This document shows, one piece after another, positions 28,562 to 37,133 of a stretch of DNA of 37,133 nucleotides. The notes below the pieces were generated by a model. The model was given only the letters and a program-made list of their open reading frames with translations, made no database searches and was not told the DNA's origin. The translations under genes were made by a program, and so were the position numbers. Source of the DNA: a virus (Duplodnaviria > Heunggongvirae > Uroviricota > Caudoviricetes); IMG/VR virus record IMGVR_UViG_2740892210_000013; one strand, 5' to 3'. Every line of letters begins with the position of its first letter. The first letter of the stretch is position 1.

Positions 28562-31402
28562 TCAATCTTTATCGTAAAAACTGCCACGCCCGGCACGGGC
28601 GCGCCGTTCCATCTCTGCCCTGACCATTTCACCGACCAGTTTCGCCAGTTCGCGGGGATTCTGCGTAACAACGTTATGCAGATGAACATGAATTTCACCG
28701 CAAAATCCGGAGACAGCAGGCTCCCGGTTACGGGAAGTTGCAGGAACTGATGCCACTGGCGATCGTATGGCCTCCGCCACCGGGCGGGAGCTGGCCGCAA
28801 CAACAGGGACCAGCGCCGGAGGCAGCGGAGCCGAGACCACGGGTGTGATATTAATTGCGGGGGGCTTACTGACCTGCGCAATCTTCTGCTCCTGCCACTC
28901 CCCACGAACAGCAAGTGCGCGGGGCAGGTTCTTAAAGACAATATCGCCGGGGCCAATGCGTTTTTTCGTCTCATCAACCAGCTTACCTGTGTTATCAGCA
29001 ATTTTGCTGAGTCTGCGTAGCGTCCCGGTATTGCTGTCTGTGAGCGGTTTGTTGTCTTTGGGTTTATCACCTCCGGTGCCATTGCCATTTTCCACAGGCT
29101 TCGGCGGATTGATTTTCGCCAGGTCCCCCTGAAGCAAGGCAACCTTGTCCTGAAGAATGGCCGCACGCTGTGCGTCTTCGATTTTCTTGCGCGCCCTTTC
29201 AGCTTCATCCGGAAGGACGCCAAGTTTTTCAAGTATCCACGCCAGCGTATCCAGTAGCATTTTTGCAGGTGTCAGAACAAGCTGTAACGCACCGCCAAGA
29301 ACGTTACCGAATATCTCGCCAGCACTGGTACATTTATCCAGCGTTTCCTTACTGGACTCCATCGGTGACAGCAGCGATTTAAACCAGTTAAACACCTGGC
29401 TGATCCCGCTTCCGATTGCGTCAAAAACAGGGCCAAACCGTTCAAAGGTTTCGCGCAACGGAGCCAGCCGTTCCATAATCCCACTGAACACCCCTGCATA
29501 AAACGCCTTGATGGGTTCCCAGTATTTCCAGATGAGAACCGCCGCAGCCACAAACGCAGCAGCAATCAATCCGACCGGACTGAACAGCGCCCCGATAGCG
29601 CCTCCCAGTAACGAAATGGAACCCGTCACCATTCCCCATAATGCAGGCAGAACCCTGACAACATTCAATGATCCGGTCAGGAGGGAAAAACCAAGACGCA
29701 GTTTTGCCAGTGGGCCAGCAAGCACACCAATAGCCAGCGACAACGAGCCTATGGTTGCAGTCATTGCCAGCAGAGCACCGCCTGCAACCAGTAGCTGGCG
29801 CGTCAGTGCCGGATGGGCCTGCGCCAGCGCCGTCACCTTCGATACCACCCGCGTGAGCCACTGCGTGACAGAACGCAGCGGACCGTCAATCAGATCTGCA
29901 ATGCGGATGCGCAACCCTTCCCATGCACTGCCGAGTGATTTCAGATCGCCGTCAAGGTTGTTGGCCATAACCTTTGCTGTGCGTTCAGCCTCACCGCGCG
30001 CGCCTTCAAGTTCTTTTCTCAGTTTGGGTAAGGAGCCGTCACCTGCCGCATCAACGAGGGCCATAAATGATGTGAAAGCCTCTTCTCCGGCAATGTCCTT
30101 AAAGAACGATACCCGGTCAACTTCCCCGTATTTGCGGGTGGCTTTATAAAGGTCAGCCAGCAGATCTTCCATCGGGCGCATTTTGCCGTTCGCGTCAGAG
30201 ACGGACACGCCCAGCTCTTTCAGCGCCTCTGCTGCTGCCTTTGGCGGTGATGCCAGACGAGCCAGGCTGGCACGCATTGCCGTCCCGGCATCACTCCCTC
30301 TGATACCCATATTCGCCAGCACGCCAGCCATCGCTGCGGCCTGCTCCAGCGATATTCCCAGCTTACCCGCCACCGGACCGGCATATTTCATGGTTTCGCC
30401 CAGTGCGCGAAGGTCAGTGTTGGTACGGGTAAACGCTGCAGTGAGTGTGTCACCGACCCGGTCCATCTGGTCAGCAGAAAGGCCGAACTGCGTCAGGATA
30501 TTTGAGCCAATATCCGCCGTCTCGCCGAGATCCATACCGCCAGCCGTTGCCATGCTCAACACGCCGGGAAGCGCAGCCTGAATGGCCTGCGGTGTGAAGC
30601 CAGCCATTGCAAGAAATGCCTGCCCACTGGCGGCATCGCCTGCGGTGAACTGCGTTTCAGAGCCAAGTTTTAACGCCTGCTCACGCAGCGCCTTAAACTG
30701 CGGGCTGTTCTGGTCGATTCGCGTCAGCGCCTGAACGCGGGACATCTCTTTCCCGAACCCGATTGCGGGCTGCAAAAAACGCCCGGCAGCATAGCCGCCC
30801 GCCGCTGCCGCACCAATTGCCAGTACACCACCTGTTTTCAGTTTTCCCGCTGTTTCCTGCGCACGCGAATACCGCTCACGCGCCCGCGTTACACGCGCAA
30901 GCGCCTGCCGTTCGCGTTCAAGCTGGTTGTTGTACTGTTCGGTGCGCCTGATGGCCTGTTGAATGGTGTTATCGCTGCCTGTCAGGGAAATGCCGTGGCG
31001 TTTCAGCTCTCCGCCAAGCTCCCGCATTTTCTGAATTTCCCGTGTGCGCGATTCATTCAGGCGTTCAAGCCGGGTGCTTAACTGCTGCATCAGCTTTTGT
31101 TGCTTTTCGCTGAGCACTGTACCCGTGCGTTGTAACTGATTAAGGGCGTTAAGCTGGCGTCGTGCTTTCACGATACCCGCATCCGCTTTACTGACAGCGT
31201 CGCGGGCGCGCTCAAATGAACGCGCCTGACGCTCGAGATTTTTGATCGCCCCCTGCGTTCGCTGGATGGAGTCACCAAACTGCCCCATCAGGCGGCGGGC
31301 GTTTTCGGCAGGCCGGGTCAGCCTGTCAACGGCGCTGAAAGCGACCCGGATATCAAGAGTCTTCATTGTCTGCATTCCCGCTGCGAAGTGCCGCCCGCTC
31401 AC
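28562..31402 (-). CDS. T: Tail tape measure protein gpT (start may be internal, e.g. MQTMKTLD...)
   Basis: 946 aa, Ala/Gly-rich with coiled-coil and transmembrane-like segments; between E/E' and U. Confidence 0.85.
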   Translation of the reverse strand: MSGRHFAAGMQTMKTLDIRVAFSAVDRLTRPAENARRLMGQFGDSIQRTQGAIKNLERQARSFERARDAVSKADAGIVKARRQLNALNQLQRTGTVLSEKQQKLMQQLSTRLERLNESRTREIQKMRELGGELKRHGISLTGSDNTIQQAIRRTEQYNNQLERERQALARVTRARERYSRAQETAGKLKTGGVLAIGAAAAGGYAAGRFLQPAIGFGKEMSRVQALTRIDQNSPQFKALREQALKLGSETQFTAGDAASGQAFLAMAGFTPQAIQAALPGVLSMATAGGMDLGETADIGSNILTQFGLSADQMDRVGDTLTAAFTRTNTDLRALGETMKYAGPVAGKLGISLEQAAAMAGVLANMGIRGSDAGTAMRASLARLASPPKAAAEALKELGVSVSDANGKMRPMEDLLADLYKATRKYGEVDRVSFFKDIAGEEAFTSFMALVDAAGDGSLPKLRKELEGARGEAERTAKVMANNLDGDLKSLGSAWEGLRIRIADLIDGPLRSVTQWLTRVVSKVTALAQAHPALTRQLLVAGGALLAMTATIGSLSLAIGVLAGPLAKLRLGFSLLTGSLNVVRVLPALWGMVTGSISLLGGAIGALFSPVGLIAAAFVAAAVLIWKYWEPIKAFYAGVFSGIMERLAPLRETFERFGPVFDAIGSGISQVFNWFKSLLSPMESSKETLDKCTSAGEIFGNVLGGALQLVLTPAKMLLDTLAWILEKLGVLPDEAERARKKIEDAQRAAILQDKVALLQGDLAKINPPKPVENGNGTGGDKPKDNKPLTDSNTGTLRRLSKIADNTGKLVDETKKRIGPGDIVFKNLPRALAVRGEWQEQKIAQVSKPPAINITPVVSAPLPPALVPVVAASSRPVAEAIRSPVASVPATSRNREPAVSGFCGEIHVHLHNVVTQNPRELAKLVGEMVRAEMERRARAGRGSFYDKD

Positions 31403-31882
31403 GCCAGCTAACCACTTCGCCGGGCGTCATCATGAAGATTTCGGCGGGCGACCAGTTAAAAATAACGGCAATATCTGCCACAAAGTCTTCTATATGCTCA
31501 AAGCACACAACCGTGATCAGGCTTCCGTCGCCTGTTCGTTCTTCCCGCCAGAGTCCGCACCGCTCAAAAAATTTACGGCAACCACACATAACTGAATAAA
31601 GTCACGGGATGCCATTTTTTTGATCGTCACTTCATCCAGTCGCGGTGATGTCACGCGTGACAGCAGCGTAAACATGGATTCCGCTTTCAGATTCAGCACA
31701 TCAGACAACGACAAATCTCGCAGAGATCCAGCCTGCTCAATAGCTCCGGTGATCTCCACATACGTGATTTTTTCGCCGCCTCGCTCAATTGGTTGGGTAA
31801 GTTTTACGCCACGCTCACTGGTTTCTTTCACAGTGTCAGCAACGACCGTGTTTTCGGTATCGATGTTTTTCGTCTCTTTCAT
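31353..31882 (-). CDS. gpE+E' fusion by programmed -1 frameshift at TTTTTTG (31565..31571, minus strand)
   Basis: Hand translation: E frame ...V N F L S...; the -1 frame after T_TTT_TTG continues FFERCGLWREER... to the stop at 31353, matching the 78-aa ORF. Confidence 0.6.
31517..31882 (-). CDS. E: Tail assembly chaperone gpE
   Basis: 121-aa ORF upstream of T, containing the TTTTTTG slippery site near its 3' end. Confidence 0.7.
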   Translation of the reverse strand: MKETKNIDTENTVVADTVKETSERGVKLTQPIERGGEKITYVEITGAIEQAGSLRDLSLSDVLNLKAESMFTLLSRVTSPRLDEVTIKKMASRDFIQLCVVAVNFLSGADSGGKNEQATEA

Positions 31883-31936
31883 CAGGAAACTCCTTTCAGT
31901 CAGAGGCGACGCACTGCGCCGCCTGCATATTACTTA

Positions 31937-32449
31937 TCAGCCAAGCCCAAGCGCGGAACGGATGCGATCGGGCACAATGTCTTTGCCGTCCTTCCGGTAA
32001 ATGAAATTCAGCAGGTCAATCTCCCACAACGGGCGATCGTTAACACTCAGCTTGTAGTAGGTGTTTTTAATGGCGTAAGTGTGTGATGTGGCTTCGCCCT
32101 GTTTGGCTTCCCCCATATCAATTTCCGTCACACGTCCGCGCATTTCGACTTCATACAGGTCGCTTTCTGCATCGGTGTAGTATTCACCCGCAAAACGCAG
32201 CAGCGTGCCGTCAATCGTGCCGCCATACTTCAGGAACAGCTCACGAACTGCGCCCCCCATGACAAAGCTCGCATCAAGCGCGGAGTCGTCCAGACCGAGA
32301 TCAATACTTACCGCCCCCATCATGCCACCACCACGATAGCTGTCGGTTTTGCGCGTCAGTTTAGGCAAGGTGACGGACGTCACCTTACCCACTTCGTTTT
32401 CACCATCCACAAACAGCGTAAAAAAGCGAAGATGTTTTGGTACAGCCAT
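31937..32449 (-). CDS. FII: Tail tube protein gpFII
   Basis: 170 aa; directly downstream of the sheath gene on the same strand. Confidence 0.85.
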   Translation of the reverse strand: MAVPKHLRFFTLFVDGENEVGKVTSVTLPKLTRKTDSYRGGGMMGAVSIDLGLDDSALDASFVMGGAVRELFLKYGGTIDGTLLRFAGEYYTDAESDLYEVEMRGRVTEIDMGEAKQGEATSHTYAIKNTYYKLSVNDRPLWEIDLLNFIYRKDGKDIVPDRIRSALGLG

Positions 32450-33633
32450 CAGGCACCTCCCAGCACCGCAAATGCGGGACCAAAGAATTCATCAGTAAAC
32501 GACTGGTAAAGCTCCATGTCTTCCAGCGGAGGAACGGGCGTATATTTGTAGCGAATACGCACACGCCCCTGACGTAAATCCGTGGTGCTGTTATCCACCA
32601 CGTCATACCAGCACGACGCCCCAATCAGTTTCCCGGCAGTAACCAGTGAATCCAGTTTTGCCCTGATGGCACTGATAACATCCTTCACGTTCGCAGGCGT
32701 CAGTGGACTGTCGATGGTTTCAAACTGCGCTTCCGCAATTGAATCAGCCAGCACCTGTGCGGTTCGGGTATACACCTCAAAGATGTAGGCGTTCGTTTCC
32801 GGTGTGCGGTTGCCCCAGAAGCGGAACCCGTTGCGACGAATAATGGTCGTGATTTCTTTGTTGTTGAGGCTGTTGGCATCACTGTCTTCGGCCTGCAACG
32901 ACCAGAACACATGCCTGGACATCCCCAGCACATTTTTAACCGGAACGTTGGACAGCGATTTGTGCCAGCCCTGCTCATGGTCAATGTACGCACGAAGGCC
33001 GCACGCATAGGCAGGCGCGGGGAACGTTTCGTTTTTGCCACTTTTCGGGTTGTAGGCGATGAAGTCCGGCCATAAGAGCATCACCTCACGTTCGTTGAAT
33101 TTCTGGCGGTAGGTAATCGCCTCAGCCATCGTGTTACAGCCGTGACATGAGGCATACACAAACGCGCGCAGTTTACCCGCAATCACGCACAGGGATTTTG
33201 TTACCGCCTCCGTGTCCAGCTCCGGCGCGGCCAGAATACGCGGACGGTATCCGATGCTTTCATCCTGCTCTGCAACAAGCAGCGCATACATCCCCGTATA
33301 GCTGCCGTCAGATTCAGAACCACCGATAACCAGTTGATCCTGCGTTTTTCCGTCTTCTTCTTTGTGTTCAGCCACGCGAACGACGATCACCTTTGTGCTC
33401 ACCTGGTCTGCGATGGCCTTAAGCGCACGATAAAGCGTCCCCGTTGTCCCGCATTTTCCCAGCACGTCATTGACGCGGGTCAGCAGTGTGGGCTTGTTCA
33501 GCGGGAACAGCTTCGCGTCCGCATCATCCGCCGTTGCCACGATACCGATAACGCTGGAATCAACATCGTTAATCGCTGTTACCAGGTCGGTATTTTCCGT
33601 AACACGGGCACCATGAAAACGAGTTTCACTCAT
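32449..33633 (-). CDS. FI: Contractile tail sheath protein gpFI
   Basis: 394 aa; FPLNKP, GWHKSLSNV, RRNGFRFWGNRT, YTRTAQVLADS and YTPVPPLE match the P2 FI pattern I recall. Confidence 0.9.
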   Translation of the reverse strand: MSETRFHGARVTENTDLVTAINDVDSSVIGIVATADDADAKLFPLNKPTLLTRVNDVLGKCGTTGTLYRALKAIADQVSTKVIVVRVAEHKEEDGKTQDQLVIGGSESDGSYTGMYALLVAEQDESIGYRPRILAAPELDTEAVTKSLCVIAGKLRAFVYASCHGCNTMAEAITYRQKFNEREVMLLWPDFIAYNPKSGKNETFPAPAYACGLRAYIDHEQGWHKSLSNVPVKNVLGMSRHVFWSLQAEDSDANSLNNKEITTIIRRNGFRFWGNRTPETNAYIFEVYTRTAQVLADSIAEAQFETIDSPLTPANVKDVISAIRAKLDSLVTAGKLIGASCWYDVVDNSTTDLRQGRVRIRYKYTPVPPLEDMELYQSFTDEFFGPAFAVLGGA

Positions 33634-33790
33634 AGCTTCAGCCCCTTGTATCCGTTAAATGATTCGGCAACAATCATCACCCACCACGCGCGTAATCTCA
33701 CCCCTGCGCCGTTCTCCCGCCACGGCGACAACAAAAAGCAGTAACCCCCTCCGCACGCACATGCGACCATGCCGCACAGGGAGGGAGCAG

Positions 33791-34900
33791 ATGACCGACA
33801 CCACCATGCAATTGCTCAGTCAGGGCACAGACCCCGTAAAAATGCCGGATTTTGATATTCTCGCGGAGGGTAAAACGCTGTCAGGCGTGGCAGAGCGCCT
33901 GATGAGCCTGTCACTGACCGACAACCGGGGATTTGAGGCGGACCAGCTCACCATCACGCTGGATGATGCGGATGGTCAGTTGCAGCTACCGCCACGGGGC
34001 GCGCGCCTGACGGTTCTCATTGGCTGGAAGGGAGAACCGCTGACAGAAAAAGGCACTTACATTGTTGATGAAATCGCTCACGAAGGACCGCCGGACAGGC
34101 TGACTGTTTCAGCCAGAAGCGCAGATTTTCGGGATGAATTTAACGTTAAACATGAGGTGTCCTGGCATGATGTGACCGTTGAGCGTGTGGTATCCGCCAT
34201 CGCTCATCGGTATGGTCTGAAACCGCAAATCAGCGAAATGCTGATGGATATCGAAATCGACCACGCCGACCAGACCGAAGAAAGCGACATGTCCTTCCTT
34301 ACGCGCATGGCGGAAATGCTGGGCGCAATCACCACGGTAAAAAGCGGCAATCTGTTATTCATCATGCCAGGTGGTGGCGTGAACGCACAGGGCCAGCCGT
34401 TGCCCTCGTTCGCCATTACACGCAGCAGCGGCGATCGCCATCAGTTCCGCATTGCTGACCGCGAGGCGTATACGGGGGTACGCGCCTACTGGCTTGATCT
34501 TAATTACGGGAAAAAGAAAAAAGTCAGCGTGAAACGCCGTAAACCGCCAAAACCCAAAAAGGAGAAAAGCAGCAGCCGTGAAGGTGATTATATGGAAGGC
34601 GCGGAAGGCAATGTGTTTGTGTTACGCAAGACTTATCAGAACGAGCAGGCAGCAAGACGCGCAGCGGCGGCAAAGTGGCAGCAACTACAACGCGGAGCCG
34701 CATCATTCTCCATCACGCTGGCGCGTGGACGTGCAGAACTCTACCCCGAAATGCATGGCACGGTAACAGGATTTAAAAGCGAGATTGATAATCAGGACTG
34801 GATTATTGCAAAAGCCGAGCACACCATTGATAACAGCGGCTTTACCACGCAGCTTGAGCTTGAGGCAAAAATCCCGGAATGGATAGCGGAAACAGAGTGA
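33791..34900 (+). CDS. D: Tail protein gpD
   Basis: Start MTDTTMQLLS... with GGGAGG RBS; the ORF track starts 132 nt earlier; size and position before ogr fit P2 D. Confidence 0.8.
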   Translation: MTDTTMQLLSQGTDPVKMPDFDILAEGKTLSGVAERLMSLSLTDNRGFEADQLTITLDDADGQLQLPPRGARLTVLIGWKGEPLTEKGTYIVDEIAHEGPPDRLTVSARSADFRDEFNVKHEVSWHDVTVERVVSAIAHRYGLKPQISEMLMDIEIDHADQTEESDMSFLTRMAEMLGAITTVKSGNLLFIMPGGGVNAQGQPLPSFAITRSSGDRHQFRIADREAYTGVRAYWLDLNYGKKKKVSVKRRKPPKPKKEKSSSREGDYMEGAEGNVFVLRKTYQNEQAARRAAAAKWQQLQRGAASFSITLARGRAELYPEMHGTVTGFKSEIDNQDWIIAKAEHTIDNSGFTTQLELEAKIPEWIAETE

Positions 34901-34942
34901 GCAACTTAGAATAGCGACAGCACCACGTTAAGGGAGGTCGCT

Positions 34943-35203
34943 ATGTTCCGTTGTCCGCTTTGTGGCGCATCTGCCCGTATCCGCACCAGTCGTCCGGAAA
35001 ATGATTCAAACACCGTGCGGCAAAAGTATTACCAGTGTAACAACCTGGAATGCGGCGTATGCTTCTCAACACTGGAAGCTTTCCATAAATTCACATCGAA
35101 ACACGCCTCCGGCGTTCACTCATCAGAAGGTATCCCGTGGCATGAGCTGCCAGCTTCACACAGGGGAAACAATCAGATGAGTTTGCCTTTACCTCAGAAT
35201 TAA
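34943..35203 (+). CDS. ogr: Ogr/Delta-family zinc-finger late transcription activator
   Basis: MFRCPLCGASARIRTSR...YYQCNNLECGVCFSTLEAF with four Cys, resembling P2 Ogr (MFHCPLC...). Confidence 0.8.
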   Translation: MFRCPLCGASARIRTSRPENDSNTVRQKYYQCNNLECGVCFSTLEAFHKFTSKHASGVHSSEGIPWHELPASHRGNNQMSLPLPQN

Positions 35204-35291
35204 CAGGCAGAATTGCCGGAGTAACAAAAAAGCGATAGATTACGCGCGGGTGCCTTTCGGCTGATGGTCGGAGGGAATACCCGAAGGCCAG

Positions 35292-35477
35292 ATGTGGAAA
35301 GGCCCCGAGTCAACTTTAACGTTAACCCGAGGCCCTAACCATCTACCCTCAGCAAGTGATAGGTTAGCGCCTCCCCGAAAAAGGAGCAAGCGCTATGTCG
35401 CAAAAATCGCTTACGGCCATCACATTCTGCGTGACGGCAATCCTCATCATCTGGATGCTGCACGGTTCGCTGTGTGA
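35292..35477 (+). CDS. Possible mok-like overlapping reading frame of the hok locus
   Basis: 61-aa ORF overlapping the hok start in another frame, as in hok/mok/sok loci. Confidence 0.3.
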   Translation: MWKGPESTLTLTRGPNHLPSASDRLAPPRKRSKRYVAKIAYGHHILRDGNPHHLDAARFAV

Positions 35478-35535
35478 AATACGGATGAGTTTCTGGGGAG
35501 CGGAGTTTGCGGCGTTCTTACAGTGTAAGCAGTAA
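35395..35535 (+). CDS. Hok/Gef-family type I toxin (46 aa)
   Basis: MSQKSLTAITFCVTAILIIWMLHGSLCEIRMSFWGAEFAAFLQCKQ: N-terminal transmembrane helix plus the SLCEIR...E.AAF signature; AAGGAG RBS. Confidence 0.6.
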   Translation: MSQKSLTAITFCVTAILIIWMLHGSLCEIRMSFWGAEFAAFLQCKQ

Positions 35536-35629
35536 GGAAACCGCGACGGGGAAGGCAACTTCCCCGTCAATCGGTTGCCAGGGTAAAGGTCGAAAAGGCA
35601 CCCTATTTCCAGTTGACGTGAACAACAAG

Positions 35630-35661
35630 CCCGCAGCGTAAAAACTGCGGGTTTTCTTTTT
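35630..35661 (+). terminator. Intrinsic terminator at the hok mRNA 3' end (CCCGCAG-loop-CTGCGGG + T-run)
   Basis: Read directly. Confidence 0.55.
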
Positions 35662-35694
35662 GGTTCCCTCACTCATGAGGACACCAAAAAACAA

Positions 35695-35724
35695 AGCCCA
35701 CAGCATAGAAGCTGTGGGCTTTTT
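35695..35724. terminator. Bidirectional stem-loop (AGCCCACAGC-ATAGAA-GCTGTGGGCT) flanked by A/T runs
   Basis: Perfect 10-bp inverted repeat with T-runs on both strands. Confidence 0.55.
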
Positions 35725-35796
35725 GCATTCAAAGATGGACGTTATATGGACACTTAAAAATAAAATCCATTTATTTTCAAATGATTAAACCTCTAC

Positions 35797-35820
35797 TTAA
35801 AGCGCCCGCAGGCGCTTTTT
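35797..35820. terminator. Stem-loop (AAAGCGCC-CGCA-GGCGCTTTTT) just downstream of serS
   Basis: Read directly; lies ~20 nt beyond the serS stop. Confidence 0.45.
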
Positions 35821-35840
35821 AGATTCAGAAAAATTGGGTA

Positions 35841-37133
<1,293 letters not shown>

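Noticed and set aside
28546-30149. Several long ORFs (28546..29232 -, 28767..29132 +, 29508..30149 +) inside the tape measure gene
   Set aside because: Alternative or antisense frames within the 946-aa T gene; repetitive Ala/Ser/Pro-rich translations, no independent support.

Overview
Nearly the whole window is one P2-like temperate myovirus prophage, running from the integrase (1..1008, -) to ogr (34943..35203, +), followed by a hok/mok-like toxin locus and host serS (35841..37133, -). Protein identities are from my own reading of the ORF translations against remembered P2, plasmid R1 and Hok sequences; no database search was run. Module order is int–C | early operon–A | cargo between A and Q | Q,P | O,N,M,L,X | lysis | R,S,V,W,J,I,H,G | cargo | U,T,E,FII,FI (minus strand) | D, ogr. 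Four cargo loci stand out: a plasmid-type parM/parR pair plus two small proteins between A and Q, which I rank highest as a candidate new system; a NanS-p-like esterase fused into the late operon; an AT-rich hexapeptide acetyltransferase at the Z/fun position; and the hok-like locus at the right end. The FI–U tail block is inverted relative to my recollection of P2, and the early region holds an unexplained repeat-rich intergenic element. No tRNA, rRNA or CRISPR array was recognised. attL lies left of the window; attR and cos could not be pinned down.
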